A DNA stretch of 64,000 bases from Gemmatimonadaceae bacterium (GTDB lineage: Bacteria > Gemmatimonadota > Gemmatimonadetes > Gemmatimonadales > Gemmatimonadaceae). Location of the stretch: contig DATEHK010000173.1 in NCBI GenBank assembly GCA_035279625.1, forward strand, positions 41,144-105,143, given 5' to 3'. The notes below the pieces were generated by a model. The model was not told where the DNA came from and made no database searches. It saw only the letters and a program-made list of their open reading frames with translations. Below are positions 9,359-18,069 of this stretch, in pieces. A program made the position numbers and the translations under genes. Each line of letters starts with the position of its first letter. Position 1 is the first letter of the stretch.

Positions 9359-10099
9359 TCACCGCTCCCGCCCGATCCACCGATTCGTCGCGTCGAGCAC
9401 CGCGAGCACACTCGCCGTCTCGGGACTCTCTTTGATCTCGCAGCTCCCGGTCAACAACATGCTCTCGCGCCCAACACGCACCGTGATACCGACAAAAACG
9501 AATTCGCGCTCGAACGCATCGATCAACCGGCATCCGTCCAACGACAACGCATGCGCGTCGCCTTCCGCCTGGCTGATCGCGACGACAGCAGCTCGCGCTG
9601 CCAACTCGGCCCGCGAGCGTTCGGATTCTGATCCCTCAGACTCTCCAATGTAGGACTGCTCTTCCTTCCGCAGCGTCACTCGACACGTCACACCACGACT
9701 CCGCGACCGCCGGACTTCCACGTCCTCGAAGTAGAACCGCCGCCGCACCGCCAACGCCGCCGCCTCGGCAGCCGCGCTCTCCGACAGTGCCTTCCCTTCC
9801 ATCGTTTTCTGCGGATCAACCGTCGTCGCTACCGAAATCTTGCGGTGATCGACGCGCATGCCGAGATGCGCCAGTAACGCACTCTCGACGTTACGCACCG
9901 TTTGCTTTGGATTCACTTCAGCGCTGGTCAGTAAATGCACCTCGCTCACCGCACCGCTCTCGCTCGCAACGATGCGCGCCGCGAGCACGCCAGGCAGCGT
10001 GACCAATAGCTCCTCAGCGCGCCGCAGCGGCAAGACACTGCCGGCGATCGGTGACACGGGCTGCGACGACGGCGTCGGCGCGTTGAGCGGCACAGACAC
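9359..10099 (-). CDS. Hypothetical protein (246 aa), no domain I can name
   Basis: Long GC3-rich ORF co-oriented with its neighbours. GTG start. It lies between the sigma-54 activator and the HD-GYP gene. Confidence 0.5.
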   Translation of the reverse strand: MSVPLNAPTPSSQPVSPIAGSVLPLRRAEELLVTLPGVLAARIVASESGAVSEVHLLTSAEVNPKQTVRNVESALLAHLGMRVDHRKISVATTVDPQKTMEGKALSESAAAEAAALAVRRRFYFEDVEVRRSRSRGVTCRVTLRKEEQSYIGESEGSESERSRAELAARAAVVAISQAEGDAHALSLDGCRLIDAFEREFVFVGITVRVGRESMLLTGSCEIKESPETASVLAVLDATNRWIGRER

Positions 10100-10266
10100 T
10101 AGGAACCTGACTTGGCGAACGCGGGAGACAAGTGCGGCGGGTGCGAACGAAGACCAGCATCCTCGCCGTCACTCCGGCCGAACGGGGAGGATACGGCGCA
10201 TATCACTTGCAAATCGTGGTCAGACAATATTCCAACAACCGTGCCTAAATGCAAGCGACAGTTACG

Positions 10267-11829
10267 TTACGGGTACTCCGGCAGGTTATACTCCTTTAAC
10301 TTTCGATACAACGTTCGCTCGCCAATGCCCAACATAGCTGCGGCTTTTCTTCGGTTGCCGTGTGTCTCCTGTAAGGCAGCTTCGATCGCGGTCCGCTCGA
10401 TCTCCGACATGCTCATCCCGGGTCGAATGCTGATCACGTTAGGCGCGGCCGCCTCATCCTTCGGCTCGATCGCCGCCACCGGTGGCCTGCCCGGTAAAAC
10501 CTCGCCCACCAAAGCGTCGCGTCCCGCCCCGGTCTTCAACGTAGCCGCCCCGACGCGATCGTCGTCCACTCGGCGCTTCAGCTCCTCCATCTGCAGCTTG
10601 AGCTCGACCAAACTTCGAACGATGAACTCGAGCTCCCGGCCACCCACCGGCGTCTCGTCCGGACGCCCCGTGCCCAACCGCCCAACGGGAACCGGGAGAA
10701 ACCGGGCGGCGCCGTCGCGGATGTCGCGCGGGATGTCGTCCGACGTGATCTCGTGTCCCGGCGCCAACACAACCATACTTTCGACCAAATTCCGCAGCTC
10801 GCGAATGTTCCCCGGCCACGAATACTCGACCAGGCGCTGCATTGCCTCGGCCGATATCCCGTGAAACGGACGGTCGTGTTGGGCAGCGAACTCCTGCACG
10901 AACTGACGCACGAGGAGCGGAATGTCCTCTCGCCGCTCCCTGAGCGGCGGGAGGTAGATGTTCAACACATTCAGCCGGTAGTAGAGATCGGCGCGAAATT
11001 CACCGGCTTCGACGTGTTCGCGAAGCGGCCGGTTAGTCGCCGCCAGCACGCGCACGTCGACCCGAAACGGCTGCGTCCCGCCGACTCTCGTCACTTCCCG
11101 CTGCTCGAGGACGCGCAGCAGCTTTACCTGCGTCGACAGCGGCGCCTCGCCCACCTCGTCGAGAAAGAGCGTCCCGCTGTTCGCCAGCTCGAAGCGGCCT
11201 AACCGACGCTCCGCAGCCCCGGTGAACGAGCCCTTCTCGTGGCCGAACAATTCGCTGTCGAGCAATGTCTCCGGCAACGCGCCGATGTTCACCGCGATGA
11301 ACGGCTTGTTGCGACGAGGACTCAGCCGATGCACGGCGCGCGCCACGAGCTCTTTGCCCGTTCCGCTCTCGCCCTCGATGAGCACTGTACTCGACACCGG
11401 CGCCATCTGCTCGATCTTCACCATCACTTCGCGTATCCCTTCACTCTCGCCGATGAGACCCGTATCGAGCGACAGGCCCCGACGGTCGAGAATGCGCCGG
11501 ATCCCGGCGAAGACCTCGTCGAGGTCTACCGGCTTGGCGTACACCTCGACGTACCCGACCGCGCGCAAACGATCGTGCAGCGTCGGCTCGTCCACATCCG
11601 CCAGACCCACGACGGCCGCACCGTCCCACTGCTGGCGTTTGACTAACTGAACGTTGGCCACGTCGGTCAGGGCGCCAGTGAGCACGATCACGTCGGGCTT
11701 CTCCCGGCGTATCGCACTCGGCACATCGTCCATGGGTGAGACGAGCGCAGTCTGGTAGCCCGCACCTTCGAGCAGCGCGTTGAGCCGGACCGCGGGTTCC
11801 ACATCGGCGAGCGTCAGCAGCACCTTCAT
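10267..11829 (-). CDS. Sigma-54-dependent transcriptional activator (NtrC family) with a degenerate receiver domain
   Basis: AAA+ core ([23 protein letters not shown]), C-terminal Fis-type HTH (AAAMLGIGERTLYRKLKEY). The receiver-like N-terminus has VIVLTG where the acceptor Asp should be. Its ATG overlaps the mogA stop (ATGA). Confidence 0.9.
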   Translation of the reverse strand: MKVLLTLADVEPAVRLNALLEGAGYQTALVSPMDDVPSAIRREKPDVIVLTGALTDVANVQLVKRQQWDGAAVVGLADVDEPTLHDRLRAVGYVEVYAKPVDLDEVFAGIRRILDRRGLSLDTGLIGESEGIREVMVKIEQMAPVSSTVLIEGESGTGKELVARAVHRLSPRRNKPFIAVNIGALPETLLDSELFGHEKGSFTGAAERRLGRFELANSGTLFLDEVGEAPLSTQVKLLRVLEQREVTRVGGTQPFRVDVRVLAATNRPLREHVEAGEFRADLYYRLNVLNIYLPPLRERREDIPLLVRQFVQEFAAQHDRPFHGISAEAMQRLVEYSWPGNIRELRNLVESMVVLAPGHEITSDDIPRDIRDGAARFLPVPVGRLGTGRPDETPVGGRELEFIVRSLVELKLQMEELKRRVDDDRVGAATLKTGAGRDALVGEVLPGRPPVAAIEPKDEAAAPNVISIRPGMSMSEIERTAIEAALQETHGNRRKAAAMLGIGERTLYRKLKEYNLPEYP

Positions 11830-12323
11830 GTGGCGCCGCCAGCGCCGTGGTCGGTGACCGCGCCACGGATGATGTCGACTGCGTGATCGATGATCGCCTC
11901 GAGCGCCGCCAACCCATCGCGCACGCCGCCCGGCGACCCCGGAAGATTCACCATCAGCGTGCGTGCACGCACGCCGGCCACGCCGCGCGACAATGCCGCC
12001 CGGGGAAACCGTTCGACTGATAGCGCGCGAATGCGCTCCGATATTCCAGGGGCCTCACGCTCGATCACCGCCAAGGTTGCCTCCGGCGTCACATCTCGCA
12101 TGGCCAACCCGGTTCCACCGGTGGTCAACACGAGGTCGGCTTCGTCCGCGTCGCACCAGTGGACGAGCGAGGCAACGATACGCGACGAGTCGTCGGGAAC
12201 GATCGCGCGCTGCGCGACCACCGCGCCGCGCTGTTCGGCCCACGCGGCGATCGTGTCGCCGGATTCGTCGACACGCTCGCCCTTCGATCCGGCGTCCGAC
12301 ACCGTGAGGATGGCGACCCGCAT
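11826..12323 (-). CDS. mogA: Molybdopterin adenylyltransferase MogA/MoaB family
   Basis: MRVAILTVSD ... TTGGTG ... LPGSPGG pattern. 165 aa. Confidence 0.8.
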   Translation of the reverse strand: MRVAILTVSDAGSKGERVDESGDTIAAWAEQRGAVVAQRAIVPDDSSRIVASLVHWCDADEADLVLTTGGTGLAMRDVTPEATLAVIEREAPGISERIRALSVERFPRAALSRGVAGVRARTLMVNLPGSPGGVRDGLAALEAIIDHAVDIIRGAVTDHGAGGAT

Positions 12324-12352
12324 GTGCGCGCGCTCCCAGCGTTAGGCGCCGA

Positions 12353-13462
12353 TCAGTGATGCGTTCCGCGTGTGTAGAACGGCGTGCGCACCACCTCCGC
12401 CGCCACGCGCTGGCCACGAATCTCGATCTCGAGAGCCGTCCCCGGCTTGGCCGAGGCCGTCGGCACATAGCACGTACCGATCGGGATACCGAGCGACGGA
12501 CTCATGGTGCCGCTACAGACGGTTCCCGACCGCTCGCCGCCGACGAACACCGGATACCCGTGTCTCGGGAAACTGCGCTCGCCGGTCGTGAATCCCACCA
12601 GACGGCGCGGAACGCCGCGTTCCTTCATCGCCACCAGTGCGTCCCGCCCAACGAAGTCACCCTTGCCTAACTTTACCACCCAGGCGAGACCCGCTTCGAG
12701 CGGCGTGGTCGTGTCGTCGATGTCGTTCCCGTAGAGCGCCATCCCCATCTCGAGGCGCAGCGTATCGCGACACCCGAGTCCGGCCGGCATCACGTCGTTC
12801 GTGGCCAAGGCGGCCCACACCTTCTTCGCGTATTTCGGCGAGAAATACAGCTCGAAGCCGTCCTCGCCCGTGTACCCGGTGCGCGAAATCACGGCTGGCG
12901 CCCCCGCGACGTCGTCGACCACAAAGTGGTAGTACCCGATGTCGTCCAGATCGACGGACACATGCGACCGCAAGATGGCCGATGCGTTAGGCCCCTGCAG
13001 TGCGAGCAGTGCGGTGTCGTCGCTCACGTCTTTGAGCGTCACCTTGAACCGCCCAACGTGCTGCCGGATGTGCTCGAAATCCTTGTCCGTGTTCGAGGCG
13101 TTCACGACCATCATCAGCCGGTCTGCGAACCGGTAGACCAGACAATCGTCTTCGATCGTTCCGCGCTCGTTCAGGATAGTGGAGTATTGCACTTGCCCAA
13201 CGGCAAGCGCGCCGACGTCGTTCGAGGTGACGCTCGTCGCGAACGCGACGGCATCGGGTCCCGAGATCTCGAACTCGCCCATGTGGCTGACGTCGAACAG
13301 ACCGCAGTGCTCTCGCACTGCCCGGTGCTCCGACGTGATGCCCGTCGGATACTGCACGGGCATCTCATAGCCAGCGAATGGCACCATCTTGGCGCCGAGG
13401 GACACATGAATGTCGTAAAAAGGCGTCCGCTTGAGCGCCCGCGAGACCGCAGCCTGCGCCAT
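12353..13462 (-). CDS. gcvT: Glycine cleavage system T protein (aminomethyltransferase)
   Basis: TPFYDIHV, GAKMVPFAGYEMPVQY, GLFDVSHMGEF, GYTGEDGFE, GLGCRDTLRLE. I placed the start at ATG 13462 (MAQAAV) rather than the ORF-track start 13573. Confidence 0.9.
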   Translation of the reverse strand: MAQAAVSRALKRTPFYDIHVSLGAKMVPFAGYEMPVQYPTGITSEHRAVREHCGLFDVSHMGEFEISGPDAVAFATSVTSNDVGALAVGQVQYSTILNERGTIEDDCLVYRFADRLMMVVNASNTDKDFEHIRQHVGRFKVTLKDVSDDTALLALQGPNASAILRSHVSVDLDDIGYYHFVVDDVAGAPAVISRTGYTGEDGFELYFSPKYAKKVWAALATNDVMPAGLGCRDTLRLEMGMALYGNDIDDTTTPLEAGLAWVVKLGKGDFVGRDALVAMKERGVPRRLVGFTTGERSFPRHGYPVFVGGERSGTVCSGTMSPSLGIPIGTCYVPTASAKPGTALEIEIRGQRVAAEVVRTPFYTRGTHH

Positions 13463-13608
13463 CGAAGAGCTCCACGAAGGAATCTCCTGCAAAAATGGCT
13501 GAATGGACGTGCATCTGCCAGTGCGGCGTACAAGGGCCAGCGATGCCAAACGAGCCCGCATCCAGTTGGACACGGGCTCGTTCGAGTTGGTGCGGTCTGA
13601 CTTCGGGA

Positions 13609-15621
13609 CTAGTAGCCTGACTGCAACTTGCTGAACAACGTGGCCACGTCGAATCGGGCCGGGTCAATCTCGGAGAAGCGGTTGTTCACGTATCTGCCCG
13701 TTTGCGGGAAGTACGGTGGTGATTGCACGTTCAGGCATTGATCGACGCTTCGGTTTTCACCGAACCCATCGTAGTTGCCGCTGTACGTCGCGCTGATGAA
13801 GTTCTCGATCACGCCGCCGGCTTGCTGAATGCATCCACGACCGGTATGTGCGGTATTGCAGTTGCCGAACGTCGGGGATCCTTCAGGGTGCTTGCTGAAG
13901 TTCTCGACGCCAACTGTCCCCGTGCGACTCATCGTCACCCCGTGGAACACGAAGTTGTTCGCGGTGAGCATGCCATTGTCGTTGCCGTCGGTCCAACGAT
14001 AGACGGCCCCGGCTTTTCCCGAGCGTTGCGGCGAGTTGATCGCGTTGTCGGCGATCATAATGCTCGTGTCCGCGATGACGCCCAACAGGTTCGCGCACAA
14101 CACCGATGCGGGATCCTGTGCGTACACCAAGTCATCGATCAAAAGCACAGTGCCCTGCGCCGATCCGTACGTCTGTGCGTACAGGGTCACCCAACCTCTC
14201 AGCACACCATTGATCGCCACTGGACCGTGAGTGTGGATCACGCCCTTCGAGCTCGGATTGAGCGAGCGATCGAGCGGCCACAATCGAGCGTTGTTCGCCT
14301 GGTGCCGGTAGCCGATGTACGCAGAATCGGTTATGCCGTTGAAAGCCGTAACAACTGCCGCATTGTCTCCGCCCCACTTCTGCCAGTACCCGTAGACAGT
14401 ACTGTCAGTGAAGGTCGTGTCGTCTCCGCCTTTTTGCCACGAGGCCGCGCCTTGCGCCGGCAGCGCGTGACGCCGTTCCGTGGACACGAGATGCGGGTCA
14501 CCGAGAGGATAGCACCGGAATCCTGTGTGCCCCATGATGCGATCACGCTCGGTTGTCGTAACTGCCCCGGCGCTCGCCACGACGTCCGACGGTGAGCTCG
14601 CGATGAGCGTCCCGGCCGCGATCTCGTCCTTGAACCACGTTTCGCCATGGACGAACGTCGGGAAGAACTTGGACACACCATTCTCGACGTGCCAGTCACC
14701 ACACATCGAATCCGGCGGCGTGCCCATCGAGTTGATTGTCGAGTCGTTCACGCGCACACGGCCCGCGTACGCCGCATTCGCTTGATACACACGGAAAAAG
14801 CCTTCGTTAGTACCGTTGATCGTACCGTCGCCGTCCAGGTCGACACCAAGGAACTCGATTCGCGTCCGGACATTGCTGAGGTTCGTTCCCTGGGAGACGA
14901 TGTCGAGGTTCGCGGCCGCTGCGTTAGTCTGCAGAATGGCGAGCTTCGAGACCGGCGGAATCGGGATCACCGCCGCCCCGCTGATCTTTCCTTTCTCGAA
15001 CGTGGGTGAACCACCAGAGATGCTTCCCACCGCCGACACCGTGTCGTAGTAGGTCGGACCAGGCGAGCCGCACGAGTACCACCCCTGGTTGCTGTGCGCG
15101 CGGCCACGGATGAACTCACCCGTCGAGTAGCAAAGTCCCCCGGGGAACGTGTTGGTGAACATCGCGTAACGCGCGAAGTTCTCCGCGGCAAGCTCGAGGC
15201 GACGCACGTAGCGCGTTCCGCTCGAGTCGAACGCCTCCGACACGATGCTGGCGTACTGCCCGAACTCGCCTGTCACGTTGCCGGACACGCCGGCGTAGAC
15301 GTTGACGTGCAGATTCGGGATCAGTTGGCCATCGGCGCCGGTGATCGTTCCGTTAGAAATCAGCGTCACGTAGCCGCTGTCGGGCAAGTGGATAGTCGTG
15401 TCCTTGGCCAGACTCGACTTGCCCATCGCCAACCCGGCTTCGGCCGCGTAGCGATAGTCGCGCTCGCGGTCGAACGAGTGACTCAGAATCGTCGAGCTTC
15501 CGGTGAGCAGAATCGCGGACAACGCGATCGCCGCCAGAGTGACGGTCAATAGGAGGACGAGGATCAGCGCGGAACCGCGCCGAATCGTCCGCCCGCTCCA
15601 CATCAGAGATGCGCGCGGCAT
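13609..15621 (-). CDS. Large PilX-like pseudopilin/pilus-associated protein, last gene of minor-pilin operon 1
   Basis: Start placed at ATG 15621. The N-terminal hydrophobic helix RGSALILVLLLTVTLAAIALSAILL resembles PilX N-termini. The ~650 aa body is Gly/Asn/Thr-rich. Function is inferred from operon context. Confidence 0.55.
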   Translation of the reverse strand: MPRASLMWSGRTIRRGSALILVLLLTVTLAAIALSAILLTGSSTILSHSFDRERDYRYAAEAGLAMGKSSLAKDTTIHLPDSGYVTLISNGTITGADGQLIPNLHVNVYAGVSGNVTGEFGQYASIVSEAFDSSGTRYVRRLELAAENFARYAMFTNTFPGGLCYSTGEFIRGRAHSNQGWYSCGSPGPTYYDTVSAVGSISGGSPTFEKGKISGAAVIPIPPVSKLAILQTNAAAANLDIVSQGTNLSNVRTRIEFLGVDLDGDGTINGTNEGFFRVYQANAAYAGRVRVNDSTINSMGTPPDSMCGDWHVENGVSKFFPTFVHGETWFKDEIAAGTLIASSPSDVVASAGAVTTTERDRIMGHTGFRCYPLGDPHLVSTERRHALPAQGAASWQKGGDDTTFTDSTVYGYWQKWGGDNAAVVTAFNGITDSAYIGYRHQANNARLWPLDRSLNPSSKGVIHTHGPVAINGVLRGWVTLYAQTYGSAQGTVLLIDDLVYAQDPASVLCANLLGVIADTSIMIADNAINSPQRSGKAGAVYRWTDGNDNGMLTANNFVFHGVTMSRTGTVGVENFSKHPEGSPTFGNCNTAHTGRGCIQQAGGVIENFISATYSGNYDGFGENRSVDQCLNVQSPPYFPQTGRYVNNRFSEIDPARFDVATLFSKLQSGY

Positions 15622-15641
15622 GGGTTGTCTCCTCGAGGTGC

Positions 15642-16796
15642 TCACGGAACGGTGACGGCACCGGCCGTCACGATTGTCGAGTTCGATGGCGAGCAATCCT
15701 GCGCCACGACTCCGTATTGCCAACTTCCAGACGGCGGATTGATATCGTCGTACGTGTATGTTGGTGACGACGCGGCGACACTCGTCACGACGTCTGTCCA
15801 GGTCGGATCTCCGGCCGCGCGACGATAGATGAGATACCTCTCGATGTCCTTCTCGCCGGCATCCTGGTCCAGAGATTCAGGCCAACTGAGGATCACCTTC
15901 GCCGGGGTCGTTGTGTCGTACACGGCCGTGAAGGAGGTCGGCGCGATCGGCGGCGTACCGCAGACGGTGCTGTGCAGCATGCCGGCGTTCAGGAGCTGCG
16001 TCGACGTTTGCACCACGCGCGTCACGATGCCCTTCTGAGGATCATCGTACGTGCCGGCGACGCGAATGGTCACCATGCGAATACTGTCCACCCAGGCGAA
16101 CTTGCCCGTGTCCGCCACCGAGCCGTGCGCTGCCGCGTTGTGATAGAGCGGCAGGCTCGCCGCGGGAATGGCGACGAGATTGCCTACCGAATCCGGCTTG
16201 TAGTACGTGAAGATCGGCAGATCACCAGCGTTCCAGATAATTCCGCTGGCCACGACTTTAGGCGTGCCATCGTTCACACGCCGGAAGAGCACATATTCGT
16301 TGCCCGCCGCCACGGTGCTGTCCAGCGAGGTCCAGTACGAGATCGTCTCGGCAGCTCCGGGCAGGCCGTTCTGCACGTAGTTCATCTGCGGATACGTGAC
16401 CGCGCTATGCGGCAGCGTGATTTGCTGGGTCGTGATCATGCTGGCGGTCGACATCGAGTCGACGTCCGGATCGTAGTACGCCGCGTTGAGGTCGTTCGCG
16501 TCGCGCGTCACAATGTCCGCATTGAACGTCAACGCGAACTTGTCCGCCTGCACGATCATGGGCTGGTTGGACAAGACGCCCGTACCGGCTAACCGAAGGT
16601 CGCGGTCGACTGTGTTCTGCGAGAAGCGCGCGTTCTGTTGGGCATCGAGCCGACCGGCGCTCGCGCTTAGAGACCGTGCTTGCATCTTGAAGAACGGAAC
16701 GGCGAGACCGAATACGGCGACGAAGAGCGTCAACGCAATCATCATTTCGATGAGCGTGACACCGCGACGCGCGCGAGGAAGCATTGGTGTCGTCAT
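15642..16796 (-). CDS. PilW-like minor pilin (prepilin-type N-terminal methylation domain)
   Basis: N-terminus RRG|VTLIEMMIALTLFVAVF with Glu at +5. 384 aa. Confidence 0.7.
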   Translation of the reverse strand: MTTPMLPRARRGVTLIEMMIALTLFVAVFGLAVPFFKMQARSLSASAGRLDAQQNARFSQNTVDRDLRLAGTGVLSNQPMIVQADKFALTFNADIVTRDANDLNAAYYDPDVDSMSTASMITTQQITLPHSAVTYPQMNYVQNGLPGAAETISYWTSLDSTVAAGNEYVLFRRVNDGTPKVVASGIIWNAGDLPIFTYYKPDSVGNLVAIPAASLPLYHNAAAHGSVADTGKFAWVDSIRMVTIRVAGTYDDPQKGIVTRVVQTSTQLLNAGMLHSTVCGTPPIAPTSFTAVYDTTTPAKVILSWPESLDQDAGEKDIERYLIYRRAAGDPTWTDVVTSVAASSPTYTYDDINPPSGSWQYGVVAQDCSPSNSTIVTAGAVTVP

Positions 16797-16809
16797 GGCT
16801 CGGGCGTCC

Positions 16810-17196
16810 TCAGAACGCGGCGATGATGGAAGTCTTCTTCATCGGGGTCGACAACGCCGTGGCCGTCACGACCACGGTCACGACCTTGTAGTCCTTGGTC
16901 GAGGTCGTCGTGTGCGTGATGTATGTCTGGCGTTTGAACCCCGGATAACCCGCAATTCCGGTTTCTGTCGCGACGAACTTCGCTTCGAGCGATGCGTAAA
17001 CGGGATACGCTTTGATTTGCTCCACCCGCGCGACGGCGAGGTCGCCGGCCATCGACATCTCGTAGCCGGTCCCCGACGTGTGCGACAAGCGCGAGACGAA
17101 CATTCCCATGCCGAGCATCGCACCCGTCAGGATCACGAGCGCGATCATCGTCTCGATCAGAGTTAGGCCTTTGCGGGCACGCATCGAGATGGTCAT
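16810..17196 (-). CDS. PilV-like minor pilin
   Basis: KG|LTLIETMIALVILTG prepilin motif. ATG 17196 overlaps the upstream stop (ATGA). Confidence 0.7.
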   Translation of the reverse strand: MTISMRARKGLTLIETMIALVILTGAMLGMGMFVSRLSHTSGTGYEMSMAGDLAVARVEQIKAYPVYASLEAKFVATETGIAGYPGFKRQTYITHTTTSTKDYKVVTVVVTATALSTPMKKTSIIAAF

Positions 17197-17798
17197 AGAC
17201 TCGCCTGCTCCCAGGTCCCGTTGAGGTAGCGCCACCAAAGCGTCCGCCCGGTGGACTGAATCACGCGAATGCAGCGATAGTCATCGTTGCTTGCACGTCT
17301 GGACGTGATGTAGATGTCCGCGTCGCTGCTCGCGGCACCGTCGCGGTGGAAGATCAGCGTCGGCATGCCGTCCACGGTCTTGATGGTGCCGCCATTGATC
17401 GGACTGCCCACCGAACCAGAAATGCCGGTCGGCGGAACCGCGAAATGCACCGAGTCTTCGAGCGGCGCGTAGATCACGTGCTCGCCCGCGTCGACGGCAG
17501 CGTTGTTGTTATTGTCTTCGAGAATGCGGATTGTGCTCTTCACCGTATCGAAGCTCACGACAACGTCGTACTGACGTGTGACCGCCAATCGCTCCGCATT
17601 CTGAAGCGCCACACGCACTGTCCGCGCGGCAGCGTCGACGCGGAACTGCGTGAAATTCACTTTGGGGTAGGCGAAGGCCGCGACGATACCGATGATCGCA
17701 ATCACGATCATGAGCTCGATCACGGTGAACGCCCGGTTATGCCTGTGTCTCGATTGGAGCGCCCGCAATGGCGAGCCGTGGCGTCTGGTGGTGCGCAT
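17193..17798 (-). CDS. FimT/FimU/GspH-like minor pilin
   Basis: NRA|FTVIELMIVIAIIGIVAAFAYPK N-terminal motif. First gene of the operon. Confidence 0.7.
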   Translation of the reverse strand: MRTTRRHGSPLRALQSRHRHNRAFTVIELMIVIAIIGIVAAFAYPKVNFTQFRVDAAARTVRVALQNAERLAVTRQYDVVVSFDTVKSTIRILEDNNNNAAVDAGEHVIYAPLEDSVHFAVPPTGISGSVGSPINGGTIKTVDGMPTLIFHRDGAASSDADIYITSRRASNDDYRCIRVIQSTGRTLWWRYLNGTWEQASL

Positions 17799-17909
17799 GG
17801 CGTCTCACACTGGCTGTTGGCCTGTTGTCGCCGGGCCGGTGCGACCGGCCATTCAAGTTCGGCGGCGCAGGCAACCCGTACGGGCGCGCCAAGCGCAGCC
17901 CGGGTCGAG

Positions 17910-17925
17910 TGCGCGACCCGTGCCC
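17910..17925 (-). promoter_or_regulatory. Candidate sigma-54 (-24/-12) promoter upstream of minor-pilin operon 1
   Basis: The minus strand reads GGGCACGGGTCGCGCA. This gives a perfect GGCACG -24 element and a GC dinucleotide at the correct GG-N10-GC spacing, but a weak -12 (gcGCA versus TTGCW). It lies ~110 nt upstream of the start codon and overlaps a 7-bp inverted repeat (17901-17920). Confidence 0.3.
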
Positions 17926-18069
17926 ACTTTTAACTTGTTGCGATATCAGGAGTTCCGACTGAAGAAATGACGCCGCGGTACGCAAAGACTCGCGGGTCCG
18001 CTAAAATCTTGCAAGTGTTTGTGCGTCTTACACACGCCGCTCCGAGCAGCCGAAAGTCCCGGCGCCCAG

